Shown in pieces: positions 24,701 through 37,389 of a stretch of 64,000 bases of DNA. The notes beneath the pieces were generated by a model, which saw only the letters and a program-made list of their open reading frames with translations, searched no databases and had not been told where the DNA came from. Origin of the DNA: Oculina patagonica (lineage: Eukaryota); NCBI RefSeq assembly GCF_052425735.1, contig NC_135769.1, positions 32,240,001 through 32,304,000 of the forward strand. Reading direction: 5' to 3'. Both the position numbers and the translations under genes were made by a program. The first letter of the stretch is position 1; the number at the start of each line of letters is the position of its first letter.

Positions 24701-26954
24701 TAATGTAGCCAAAATACACAAAGAAGTCACCTGTGATAGAATAGAAAATGCTCCTAGGAGAATACCAATTTCTCTAGTTGCTTCATGCTTCTCGCATTGG
24801 AATTTAACACTGACATTCTTTTCTTCTCAGAATGCACCCAAGATTTTTGGTGGTGAAATAAAGAAACATGTTCTGCTTTTCGCCAGCAAAAAGGCAGATG
24901 AATTCCAGGGTATCCACGATGGATTCTCTGCAGCCGCCAAGGATTTTAAAGGACAAGTTCTCTTTGTTCTCGTTGACTCTGATGTAGAAGACAACAGCCG
25001 TATCTCAGAATTCTTTGGAATTGACGCTAAGGAGATCCCAACTGTCCGTCTGATCAACTTGGCAGATGATGACATGACGAAATATAAGCCAGAAACTACA
25101 GAACTAACCACTGAAAATGTCAAGACTTTTGTCAATGATGTTCTTAGTGGAAAAATGAAGGTAACTATTTGAGTCTTAGTGACATGATAAGCTGTTGGAA
25201 TGTAAAAATAAACCCTAGAAGTATAAGACTGATATTTCTCTGTACAGTCAACTCTCGTTATAGCAGACACGCATGGGGCATCGTTTTGTGTCCATTATAG
25301 TGAGAGTCCATAATAGCGGGAGTCATTTCAAGTCAAACCTCTTTCACGGGGGATTTGGATTTTGTCCGTAATAGCGAGTGTCCGCAATAGCGGGGTGTCC
25401 GCAAGGCAAGAGTTTACTGTACACAAGGCATGCCAATGTTTTGAACCAGTTGTTTTCAAAAGTCAACTTTTTCACCAACAATAATATGACCTAAGACATT
25501 TCCTGTTTTCTAGGACAGTACAGTAGTTCTTATTATCTGTGTGATTGTTTCTTATTTTATTGCTTTTGATTTCCAGGCTCATTTGCTTAGTCAAGATATC
25601 CCTGAAGACTGGGATGCTAAACCTGTGAAGGTTCTCGTAGGAAAGAACTTTGATGAAGTAGTTAAGGACAAAACCAAGGCTGCTTTTGTTGAATTCTGTG
25701 AGTATGTTGATAATCCATTTGGGCATGGGAGGAAAGTGGTTAGTTTGCATATGTTCAATCAGACTTGGGGGATGTCTTGCAATTAAGAAAGTTTGGTCTA
25801 ACGAGAACAATGCCCTCAGAAGGAGAATGGTGGCATGCCGCAGTGGTGATCCAGTGCTGATACAATTACCAAATAAAATTTGAGATCAAATCTCAGATGT
25901 TCTTGGTTTTTTTTGTTTTTAGTAGCATAGTACAAGACAAGGTACATGAGGCTTCAAATGTTTGCTTTGTATGCTCATTTGTCTCGTTTTTTTTTTCTCT
26001 GTTAGATGCACCATGGTGCGGTCATTGTAAGAAGTTAGCTCCAATCTGGGATGAACTTGGAGAGAAGTTCAAGGACCGTGAAGATATTGTTATTGCTAAG
26101 ATGGACTCCACTGCCAATGAAGTAGAAAGTGTGAAGATCCAAAGCTTCCCTACCCTTAAATATTTCCCCAAAGATAGTGATGAGGTAAGTATCGCAACCA
26201 GAGCAGATAAAATAAGGCATTACTATTTCTTGTTTTTTGTTTCTTGCATAAATTCACTGCCATTGGTGGTTTTTCAACCAGTTGTTACAGGGCTGCAAAT
26301 AATTTTTTTCACTTGAAAGGACATTTGTCCTAACAAGACACCATCTTGGTCAGACAAAACAAAATTTTGGTTGGACATCACTAAAAACAAAAGTTTTAAT
26401 TTTATTCATTGTTGCCATAAAATAATTTACTATGAAAAATGGTCCAGACATCATGTCTGACCACACTTGGGCTTTCGTCGGACATGAACAAATTTTTGTC
26501 GGCCAATGTCTGATGACCGACTGTTATTTGCAGCCCTGATGTTATGTCACTCTGTACAAGATCCTTAACACTGTTCAAAGTGATTAGAATGCTTGTCTTG
26601 GATAACACTTAATATTTGGCTCTGATGGTTTATCGTGGGGTGGGCTGAGGGATATCTTCTGAGAATGAGTGTACAATATATAGTTTGGGATTTCAAGATA
26701 GCTGGTGAATGTATAATAGTAGTTAATGGTTCCTTGTTTCTCTTCAGATCGTAGATTACAAAGGTGGAAGAACCTTGGACGATCTAGTCAAGTTTATTGA
26801 AAGTGATGGTAAAGTTGAAGAACCTAAGGAAGGCGAGGAACCAGCCCCAGATTTGGAAGAAGGTGAAGGTACAGAGGGTGAAGTAGAGCCAGAGGAGGGA
26901 ACTGACGCCACTGACGAAACTGATGCAACAGAAGCAACCAAGGATGAGCTGTAA
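21751..26954 (+). CDS. P4HB: Protein disulfide-isomerase (PDIA1/P4HB), 518 aa
   Basis: Exons 21751-21895, 21996-22193, 23270-23541, 24238-24342, 24831-25160, 25577-25697, 26006-26184 and 26748-26954. Signal peptide, two [11 protein letters not shown] active sites (a-b-b'-a'), [23 protein letters not shown], acidic tail, KDEL*. Confidence 0.97.
25245..25419. mobile_element. pogo/Tigger-type MITE in PDI intron 5
   Basis: TA|CAGTCAACTCTCG..GACAC ... GTGTCCGC..AGAGTTTACTG|TA. Confidence 0.75.
26288..26538. mobile_element. hAT-like MITE in PDI intron 7
   Basis: Perfect 15-bp TIR CAGGGCTGCAAATAA / TTATTTGCAGCCCTG. Confidence 0.75.
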
Positions 26955-27033
26955 AATGGCACATCTACTGTTTAATTCAAGCTCCAGAGGATTTCTTACA
27001 TGAATAAGAATTAAATGAAACACTTTGCGAAAG

Positions 27034-27138
27034 CAGGGGTGTAGCTAAATCAATACTCCAACTAGTGATTGATATCTTCGCAAGGTTAATGCCATAGGCT
27101 TGAAATTTTCCAGTAACTGACACTTAGCTACACCCCTG
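27034..27138. repeat. Short TIR element in the PDI 3' UTR
   Basis: Perfect 15-bp IR CAGGGGTGTAGCTAA / TTAGCTACACCCCTG, upstream of AATAAA at ~27406. Confidence 0.7.
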
Positions 27139-28148
27139 TAAGAGTGCATCACTTCTCTTAATCAGTACAAGGACATTCTTTAGCCACTTCTCAATGACGC
27201 TAGTTAGGGTAAAATGTTTTAAACTTTTCATGTCTGTGTTACTACTGTTTATAGGTTTTCAAAGTTTTTTTTGCAAGTGTGTCCACATCCACACTCAAAA
27301 TTAACCATCCACCACGAGGCTTATAAATCTTTCCATTTTATTTATGGCATTTATAGGTGTGAAGGTTTAATTTAAAAAAAAAATCTGAAAAAGAAAAAGC
27401 TTTCAAATAAAATTCTTATCATTAAAATTATTTCTTGCTGTGATGTTTTTACAAGCAGTAATTATTGTTGTCAAAGTCTTTGTTAAAGTTACATGGGAGC
27501 AACTACAGAATGCAGGACCACTTCGGTCCACCATGTAGGAGTCCATAAAATTATAGCTTAGGGAAGTTATGGTTGAATGAATTCAAAAATCAAAACCTCT
27601 GACATTCTTGCAAGTCCTTCAGGAGAAAGGTTAATTAACGGAAAACAGTTATGACAGGCGCACTAGGAAGTAGCAAGATTTGTCTTGACGAGCCCTGGGT
27701 CCTTTTGTCACGCAATACCATAAAGCGTCGCGTGACAGGGCTAACAAGGAAAAGTTTGCAATCCGTCTCAGTTGCCCCCAGACTCCTCTTGCCGTATTAC
27801 GTCTAAGGACTTTTTTCTGCTTTAGTAAGTTTTCTGTTTGGGGTAGCCTGCGGGCAGGTTCACGTTTGCGACATGTAACTCGGGTGAAATGGACAAACGA
27901 TTTTAAAATGTCGTGACTATAAATTCCCTCTTGCTCAGGTTTCGACAAAGAAAACCCCTCCCCTCCAGGATGATCGAATGGGAACAAAAACCAAGACCCA
28001 AAAAAATCCCTAGGGCTGCCAACTTAACCCAAAAAAATCCCTGGATAAAAATTGACCCATTAAAAATCAAGAGTAAAACACGTTTGTTTGTTCGCAGAAC
28101 AAAGCACCCAAGGCCAAGGCACTACACAAATCTTCAGATTGTTTTTAA

Positions 28149-29097
28149 GGTCGCGGGGGATACCAACAGCATGAATAAATTCATGAAGGGAAATTTTGCT
28201 TGACCTGCATCTTTTAAAACGCTTATTTCTCGGCTGTTATGGGTGCGATTAAGCTCAAATTTTACAGAGATATAAAGAAATGATGAAAGATTGTGAATGT
28301 CATCTTTTATTTGGTAGATTGCATTTAACGGCGATGTTATAGCCTCGTTAGTGCCAAATTGGGAAAAACATGATTTTGTGGCAGAGTTTGCGGAACGAGT
28401 AGGAGACAGCACACTGTGATCTTGTCAAAAACTTATCAGTCAATACCTCTAGAGTGTCATAACAGAAGCGGATTTTTTAATTTAAAGTGTGCCAGCAAGT
28501 TATGGCGGTTTAAGTGCGCAAATTTGAATTTAATGTCTTCTACCTCTTTCTAAAAGCGCTCTTTTAAAATTCCGCTTCTGTTATGACACACTACAGTATT
28601 CATAGTTTACCTATCTGCAGTGGCAAGTAATAAAGTTCTGTATCCGTGCTGTATTCTCTGCCACAAAATTGTCGGATAAGTCCAAACTTTGAGATTTCCG
28701 AAGGTGTCCCGACCTAAATACGATCATTTTGCCAAGGAGAGATGTAATTATGGTAATTATATTCCACGCTTTTATGGTGAGAACAATGCGTTTTTAAAAA
28801 GGACACGATTGTTTATGCCGAATATTTTTGTGATTACTCTGAGTTGCAGAAATATTCAAATTTAAATAAAAATAAGCTCGAAGACTTCTTACAATCTATA
28901 TGAACGTACATCGCTAAGTGTTGTTTTAAATTGGTTAAAATATCAAAGAAACAGGGATTTTTTACAAATCACGCGCACGCGCCCATATTTTTGTCCAGTC
29001 ATAAATATCTCGTAAAGTTGTCGATGTCAGTCGTTGTACTTCGTGCATACGCTTTAAATAAATGCATAATGATGAGCCTAAGGTGTCCCCCGCGACC
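28149..29097. mobile_element. Non-autonomous Kolobok-like DNA transposon (TTAA TSD), nested in another MITE between PDI and RhoGDI
   Basis: TTAA|GGTCGCGGGGGATACC ... GGTGTCCCCCGCGACC|TTAA. Host repeat spans ~27890-29205 and ends GAGTACCCCC. Confidence 0.8.
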
Positions 29098-29918
29098 TTA
29101 ATACCCAAATACATCATACTTGAATAAAAACATCCCGGAATCGAAACTTTCAAACCCCCAAAAATCCTTCGATCATCCCCGTCACTTTAAATCCGAGTAC
29201 CCCCATTGCCCCCCCCCCCCCCATCTCCCCCTTCAGATTGAGTTTGAAAAGGCCAAACTTAGAGCATGTCAAAATTGGCAATCTATAAATAAAAAGGATA
29301 GATTATACTGATAGACCTGCGACAGTCAATACACCTCGCACACCAAGTAAAATATATTTGGACTTTGACCACAGTACTGGCAAGCCCTAGCTGGGAACTC
29401 CTGCTTTGGTAAAACTTCAGTTCAAAGGCAGGAAGACTGCGCGGAAACCCAAACTAAACCACGAAATAGAGTTTTATCAGATAGCAAGCAGCGCTTACAA
29501 TTTATTCCTCAAGCATTTTTTCCTCCTATCCTACGCAGACTCGTCACGCAATCTTTCCGTAGTGGGTTGGGTTCCCTGTTCGTCAGTAGTGGTCACATTG
29601 TATCATAAAGACTGTTTCGAAAAAATAATTGTTTTCGTTTGAAAACAAATTTCAATTACCCGTATTATAAGATATACGTAACCACGAATGCAATGTGCAC
29701 AGAAGTGCACAGATATCAGATCAGACTTCACATCGCTTCCTGTATAGTTAGAAAAACGTTTTTCATTGGTCACTTGGTATGCTCGATATATTGGGGTTTT
29801 TGATTGGTTTTGCTGATCATGCATCTGACGTCACGGGGTGGTACTACTTTGCAAAGAGCAAGGCAGTGTGAAGGCATCAGGAAACGTTCGCATTTTAGTT
29901 CGTGTATTAAAATTTACC

Positions 29919-32900
29919 ATGGCTGACCCAGCGGAAGAAGTTCCAGCTGCAGTGGAAGATGAAGAGCCAGAAGAGACTCCGGGTTATAAGCCACCAGCTC
30001 AAAAAAGCGTGGATGAAATTCAACAATTAGACGCCGATGATGAATCGCTGGTCAGATACAAGCAAGCTTTACTCGGCGACTTACCCGCCGGCAAGTTAAA
30101 AGTGATCAGTTCGCATTGTCCAATTAATATTTTTTTTGCTGATCCTTGCATCAAGACCTCATGTAAGGATATTTATTTCTTATTTTCAGGTGCTGATACT
30201 AGTGGCCCCAACGTGCAGGTTCTAAAAATGTCGGTGGTCGTCGAAGGTCGAGAAGATATCGAGCTCGATCTAACTGGTTTGTAACAAAATTTAGTTGAAC
30301 TTGAGTTGATCATCAAACTCCCGTCGTTTTGTTTGCCTTTCCTATCTCGTTACAACTTTGGCGTTTTGCTTTCTTGCTTTATATCATCTGTTCTCTCGAT
30401 CTTTTGTTCGTCTAATGAACTACACAGTGCGTGACAGAACGTTCGAATTTAAAGGTGTAAATTTCGATCGTTTCAATTCAGCTCTTGCATGATACACTGT
30501 ATTTCTCTTTTCATTTCACAGGAGATCTGAGTGTTCTTAAAGACAAACCTATGACTATCAAAGAAGGAGCAAGTTACAGAATTAAAATAACGTTTAAGGT
30601 AAATGTCGAGTACTTGACGGTATGTGATAATGTGAATGTAAATTATTTTAAGTTTTTGTTTCCCATTTGAATATTGTATAATAAGAAAGGAAAATTCACC
30701 TTTGCAATTAGTCTTTTATTTTGAAGTTAGCTCCTTTCCAATGTTATTGTTGTTGTTTTGTCTTTCGCTTCGTCCTTCCTAATATATTATCCTTTATAAG
30801 AATCTGACTGGAGTGGCCATATTTATTTGCTTTGTTAGTTATAAGTTGAATGTTGGTAGTAAGCTCAAATTGACATACGATTGTTTTATAAGGAGAATTT
30901 GGAATTCAATTTTGCTCTACCTTGTGTTGAAAACGAAACAAGTTTAAAATAATAGTTTTAATTTTAAGTTGTTATGCTTGAAAAAGTGTTCAAAAGTCTA
31001 GATTGTACACAAAGTTCCTGAAGTTGATATACCCAAAAGCAAACATGAACTAGGGATTTGCATTAAAAACTTCAGTTTTTATTTATTCAAACAGACTGAG
31101 TAATCTGATAAATAATTATTAGGTCTAGTGTGAGAGACAGATACTGAGTATTGGACAGTTTCACTAGCAGTGGTTTTCCAAAACCAACTTAACTGCATGT
31201 TGTCCTTTTTTTCCGGAACCACACATTCTGTGCTTAAATGCTACAGAGACTGGCATTAGCACTGAAACCAGTGAGCTGCCATGCTTATTAAAACTGACTT
31301 TAATATTTCTCAAAATTCAGTTTGATGATGTTAAGTGGTTGCTCTGTCTTACTTATTGTGCTTTTCAATAACACACAAACTCTGAAGTTCATTATACAGT
31401 GGAACCCCGTTAATACGGACACCAAAGGGACAAGCCAAATTGTCCGTATTAACGGGGTGTCCGTATTAAAGAATCCCGCCCACCCACTTTGCATTGCGCG
31501 CCTCTATTGTTGTTATTATCCGGGGACTCCTGATATCCGTTCCTTATATGGGCACAGATCTAAGACACCGTATCTGTGTACATGCAGAGAAAATATGAGG
31601 ATTTCAACACAAGAAAACAAGATCCAGTTCAGGAACGTCAACAAATGGACAAATGGCTTGAAAACAAACTTAAAACTAACAAAATTAATTACTGTTGCTC
31701 TCTAGACTGATGTGAAATATTTTAGTAGACTGGTTTAAACAAGGAATATTTCGCTCAGAACTTACTTGGAACGACTTCATCTTCATCTGCTTCGTATGAT
31801 CTGCACCGTTCACGAAGGTCTTCCAGGCTTTGGTGAAGTAATATTTCGGCAAACTGGCTATTACTAAGCCCTTTGATACCAAGGCTTTCCTTCCTTTGAA
31901 TCCAGAGGTCGAACGTTGATTGCCGCAGAATAATTTTCTTGGTTTGTTCCGTCTTCGGCCGACCGCGCTTTGGAACGCGAAATGCCATCCGACATACAAA
32001 CGAGTATTTAAATGACAAATTGAAAGAAACCAATAAAATAGACACTCGAAATAAACCACAGATAATTACTAAAGATTTTGACGGGAGTTAAAGTAGCGAA
32101 CACAGCGTGTACGCGAGGATGCGCTTGGATTGTTGACCACAATATTGAAATTATCCAAAACTAGATGTCATACAAAATGGCGGATTATGCTTTTGAGGCG
32201 CGCAATGCAAAGTGGGTGGGCGGGATTCTTTAAGTGGGGTCTCAGAAAAAGTCACGGATACAAGTTTTATCGACACAAAGACGGCAACAAAACGTTGTCT
32301 AATTGTGCAGTAACTGTAACAATTGAAAACTGTAAACTCTCTGACTAAAATTAATAGTTTTTTTGCGAACAACTTACGATCTAGTCAGATACTCGAACTT
32401 AACTTTGCTGAATAAACTCAACGGTGGAGTTATTTGAAAATGTCGCAACTTAACTATAAATTTAAATATAAAAGAAATAAAACGCATTTCGACAGCAACA
32501 GAACGTTTTCCATAAATTTTCCTTTGTAACTGAAAATCTGACCATAACTGTTCTTAAACTCTACAAACTCATTTGAAAAAGTCGGTAACTATACTTTGCA
32601 CGGAAGCTTTAGCTTGCCACACAACCAGGCGGACTGTAGAGTCGACAAAACTTTTGGAAGTTACGCTATTTAGCCCCTCTTTGTAATAAAATCGTTTTAA
32701 CTCGTCCAATTCTGTCATTATTCGACCAGGGCAAAGTTAGCAAATAATCGCGAAAATTAAAATTGACAGTGCACAGATAAACAGTGTCCATAAAGCGGGG
32801 TTGACAATGTATGACAGTGTGTCACTCGGGACATGGAAAAGTGTCCATTGTCCGTATTAACGGGTGTCCGTATTAAGCGGGTTAATTAAGAGAAAGTGTA

Positions 32901-34536
32901 TGAGGTTTTCGTTGGGACCATCCCGTAATACCGGGATGTCCGTATTAAGCGGGTGCTTGTAGAGCGGGGTTCCACTATAGTGTTAACCAATGAACCTTCA
33001 AAAACAGAAACAAAGAAAATGGATTGAAAGCTGCCAATCACAGCTGACAGCTTTTGACCCAGTTGAAGTGAACTTCTGTTTCCTGAGAGTTTGGCTTAGA
33101 TGATTGACAGCAGCAAAAACTGTAAACCGGTTAAACGGTTGATTGAACAGAGGTTGCATGTCTCTTAAGCACAACAATGTTGTCTTTTTGTTTAGGTTAA
33201 CCGTGAAATTGTGGCAGGTCTAAGGTATCATCAAGTGACCTACAGAAAAGGAATACGAGGTAAAACCAAAAAATCACAGACTGTAAAAAAATTATTGTAG
33301 TTGTACTAAGTATTGGTACAGTGTAGATGTGTAGTGACCTTGATTGGCCTTGAGAGGTCTGGGTTTAGGCCCAATCTCGTTCCCAGAGCCTGAGTTCCCC
33401 TTGACCAGCGGTCAGGAAACTTAACGGTTCTGGACGAATCCAAAACCGGAACCAGGAAATCCTGGTTCCGATTACATAGTGCGTGTGCGCCAGAGGTTGT
33501 GGTGAAATGAACAAGTTTTCAATAGCCAATCAGATTCAGACGTCTTTCAGAATAGCCCAGAGGTCCCAATCTCTGGCACAGACCAGAAGGATCGGGTTCA
33601 GGCCCTGCCTGTCCATGGACCATTGTGATACCTTTCTGGGGCAAGATGCTTTATTGCATCAGTTAAATCCAGCAGTGCCCTCCTTCCTTCATCCCCACTG
33701 ACCTGCATTAACAACAGGTTTAGTCCCAGAATCAGCGGGACAGATTTTAAATTCATACTTTACAATGGTATTAAACAGAACCACAGCAAAACAAAAACAT
33801 GACACAGACTTAACAAAGAAGTAAAATAGCAAATAATTGAAAATAACAAGCTTGTGCAATACAGTAAGAAACACTCTTAAAGTGGTTTGCACTTCTCAAG
33901 TGTTCTTAAAAATCCAAAAGTGCTTGACTTGTTGCATTTAACTCAACAATGCACAAGGACTAAGTTAACAACTTCCTTGAACAACTTCCCAGAACATTTT
34001 AAGGTGAATATTATTTTGGAAATTAATTTCAGGCTAATAATAGTCAGACCAATTTCTTGTATCAGATGCTACAATGCAGTGTAGATCATGGTAAAATGTG
34101 ATCTTTTTTCGCAAACACATTCATGTACTGGTAGGTTTCATTGTGAAATTGCACGCATGTTACAGGTTCATTATCATCAATTCTCCTCACGCCAGTAGGC
34201 GCATAAGGCCATATGTTACAGGTTACATGATCATTTTCATGGTCATTACACTCGTCATTACACTCACTCTGGACCAACAGGCATGCTTTTTTTTTCTTTC
34301 AAGACTTTTAATTGATGTATATGACATGTTACGTTTCAGTTGACAAGAGTTCCTTGATGGTGGGAAGCTATGGTCCCAAGGCTGAACCTCATCAATACCA
34401 AACCCCATTTGATGAGGCTCCCAAAGGAATGATTGCTCGTGGCCACTACACGCTAAAGAGCAAGTTTGTAGATGATGACAAGAATAGCTTCCTCGAATGG
34501 GAATGGGCATTTGACATTAAGAAAGACTGGGAGTAG
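29919..34536 (+). CDS. ARHGDIA: Rho GDP-dissociation inhibitor, 198 aa
   Basis: Exons 29919-30090, 30190-30276, 30522-30598, 33196-33259 and 34340-34536: YKPPAQKSVDEIQQLDADDESLVRYKQALLG..PNVQV..IELDLTGDL..IKEGASYRIKITFKVNREIVAGLRY..MVGSYGPK..EAPKGMIARGHY..KSKFVDDDK..WEWAFDIKKDWE*. Intron 1 is GC-AG. CRE (TGACGTCA at 29826) and ATTGG boxes upstream. Confidence 0.96.
31397..32977. mobile_element. pogo/Tigger-type MITE in RhoGDI intron 3 (host of the nested Kolobok-like element)
   Basis: TA|CAGTGGAACCCCG ... CGGGGTTCCACTA|TA, with repeated GTCCGTATTAA motifs at both ends. Confidence 0.85.
31470..32229 (-). mobile_element. Kolobok-like deletion derivative with 35-bp perfect TIRs, TTAA TSD and a residual first coding exon
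   Basis: TTAA|AGAATCCCGCCCACCCACTTTGCATTGCGCGCCTC ... exact reverse complement|TTAA. The - strand exon 31766-31988 encodes MAFRVPKRGRPKTEQTKKIILRQSTFDLW.. and ends at a GTAAGT donor. Confidence 0.85.
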
Positions 34537-35562
34537 CAACTTGTTTAGCACAATTGAAGATGTAGACTGTTAAATGTTTTCTGTAGCTGTATTGTAGGAA
34601 AATAAGTCTTTTAGGATTGATTGTGATGCTGTGCAATGTCCCCAAGGTGATAATGTATGAGTAATACTGATAACCCCCAAAAATTGTGAACTTAATATTA
34701 AATGACTGTATAAAGCTGTTTTCAATATATTGCATAGCTTGTTCATTGTTGTCCCTAGAATGGTAAAGGGGCTTTGTCATGGATTTTAACAGATTTTTGA
34801 ACAGCCAAAAAATATATATTTGTGTCGTAGGAAACCCTAAAATGATGGTCCATATTAGAGCACTGAAACTGTTAACAAGAGGCTGGCTGCGGATAGCTAG
34901 GATGGAAATGGATAACAACTTGAAAAATTAAGACTAAACTTTTCAAGTTGTTTCTGCATGTCTTCAAAAAAATCCATGTTTGTAGCCATGGTTTGATTTT
35001 TCCCTGTGAACACAGATGTATTTTCAGTCGTGCTTCTCTGTCGCGGAGGGAAGCGACGACAAACGGAAAAGAGTCAGGTCATCACTTTTCTCTCGCAAGG
35101 AGAAGCGACGACTGGAAACACATCTGTGCTCGCAGGCTACATAGTTAGTGACCTACCACTAATTTCAGAACAGTTAAGACCAAAAATCCACAAAATCCCT
35201 GTGACATAGCTCCTTGAATCTTAATGGCAGATGCTTGTTTCAATGATTGAATCCCAAAAGTGATCAAATTGTAATTTCTCCTTGCAGTATCAATACATTG
35301 CAAAGGATACATGTGACGAGAATAATGAAAGTGATAAACTAAACAATATTGCCTTGATGTACCACCATATCTTCAGAACTAGCATTAAAAGAATTCTGTG
35401 ATATTCAGAAAGGAGAATTTGATTGAGCTTGTGAGAAGTGCCATGTGCACATACTACTAGCAAGTCCATTTACAGCGAGTTGCAGTTATCTGCGAACTAC
35501 CAATTTTTAAACTCATCCAGGACTTTGCATTTACACTGCTATTGGTTGCCATGGTGATTATG

Positions 35563-35681
35563 CAGTGGCGGATCTAGGGGAGGGTGCAGGGGGTGTGCAC
35601 ACCCTACCCCCCTGAGATGACCTTTCTTACGCCATTTCTTAGTGTGGTGCACCCCTTCCTAAGAAAAATCCTCGGCCACTG
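35563..35681. mobile_element. Short CAGTGGC-terminal MITE
   Basis: CAGTGGCGG ... GGCCACTG termini with internal GGGG/CCCC runs. Confidence 0.6.
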
Positions 35682-36469
35682 TTATGACGGATGGCAGTGT
35701 AAAAGTCAAATGTCAGCTGGCTCTTGAAGACTTGGGAAAGTATGTGCGATCAAAAGAAAGTAAAAATTGCTGAGAAAAATTACAGGGTTGCCTGGTCGGG
35801 AGAATAATCCCCAGTTGATCAATATTGATTTTTTTCTGAAGAAATACCTCATGAAAATGGTGTTTTAGAGCTTCTTGATTTCAAAATTGTCTTGGGGAGA
35901 ATGTTCCCAGACTCCACTGGGGGCTCACGCCTTCGGTGCTCGCGACTTTTGCCTCATCTATGTCAAAAATCTGGTTACGGCCCTGACTGTCGTATCACAT
36001 ACTTAAGCCTTTTGGGTGTTTGTCAACACTAAAGAGGCTGGAAGTGGTGCTAGGTGGCTGTATTTGCAGGCTAAAGAAGTCAAGAAATTTTGCGTCAGGT
36101 CAGAAAAATTCCATATCACTTGCCATGGCCAATCATGTCAATGGAATGGTAATGGATTTTTCAGGCTGCTGCAAGTTTTGGCGACGTTTGTTGTTGATAA
36201 CGACCATCTTATTATGGTCAAAAACTGCAAAATAGTTTAAAGCAAATTTAAAGCATTATTTTGTTTAACTCAGGCTTTTCTAAAGAGGAAGGGAGGAAGA
36301 GAAAAGTGCTCAACTCGCGCTCGAACTCCCCTCCTCCTTCCCCTTTGAACGCCGGCCACGCAGGCTAGGAAGGCCTGAGCAAAAGTAAGGATACCAAACA
36401 AAAATGTTTTTATGGCTTGCTCAACACTGGCATAAATTTATGACACAAAAAAACTCTTGTGTATTGTGT

Positions 36470-36592
36470 AGTTTTTGAGGCGCGTTTGGGAAACGCGTAA
36501 GGCGCGAGACGGCCACGCGAGGGGAATAGTGAGATTTTTCCCGCACGAGGCTGTCGCTCGCCTTTCGCGTTTTCCAAATACGCGCGCAAAAC
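36470..36592. repeat. Hairpin repeat related to 18575-18690
   Basis: GCGCGTTTGGGAAACGCG..GGCG..GAGAC / GTCGCTCGCCTTTCGCGTTTTCCAAATACGCGC. Confidence 0.6.
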
Positions 36593-37006
36593 AACTCGGG
36601 CTTAGAAACTGGCCTCGTCCCCAGTTGCAACGCGGTGCGCATCGTGTTGTGCATGTGGGTTTTAAGTTGTGGACCTGGCCTGCTGCACTCGGAGCGCGTT
36701 TCGCCGCCTAACCATCAAGGCCGCGCTCCCTGTTCCCCTCGTTTCACCGGCCGACGAGATGCACCGGGGCCTGGAGATGAGCAGGACAGAAATCCAACCT
36801 TAGCTAGAAGTGTTGGCTGCATTTGCAGTCTGCAGGTCAGCGTTTGCTTATCTCTTTGTAGTCTATTAAAATGTATCCTATATACTAAATTCGTTTTGAG
36901 CTAAGCTGGTTTTCATTCTTTAACTCGCTTACCTGAAATATTTTTCTAACTGCAGTGTGTTTCCCAGATAAAAGTCTTTGACACCACTGCAATTTCCTAG
37001 GACGTA

Positions 37007-37389
37007 CGGTAGAACTCCGGTAACTCGAACTCTGAAGGGAAACGAAAAACAGTTTGAGTTAGCAGGGTTTCGAGTTAAAAATTAAGTTAATAACGATAAT
37101 TTACTGTTTTTTTCAGCACTTCAGCGATTAGTTCAGTGGAAATTTAACTTATCTCATCAGAAACTCTAACACGATCATAAATTCTTACAATAGGAGTGGC
37201 AAATGGCTGTCAAATAAGTGATCTGTTCGTTTCTCTACTCCGTCAATGGACATCCGTGGCGAGTTGCAAGAACCGGAATTCGAGTTATCGGGGTAAATTT
37301 GAGCCAACTTTTGATCAAGGGAAACGAAATTTTGTTCGAGTGAGCGGGGATGTTCGAGTTTTCCTAGTTCGAGTTACCGGGGTCTACTG
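37007..37389. mobile_element. TA-flanked MITE (Tc1/pogo type)
   Basis: TA|CGGTAGAACTCCGGTAACTCGAAC ... GTTCGAGTTACCGGGGTCTACTG|TA. Confidence 0.8.

Noticed and set aside
36600-36840. GC-rich segment with GAGCGCG hairpin and short ORFs
   Set aside because: No recognisable RNA family or protein, and it is adjacent to repeats.
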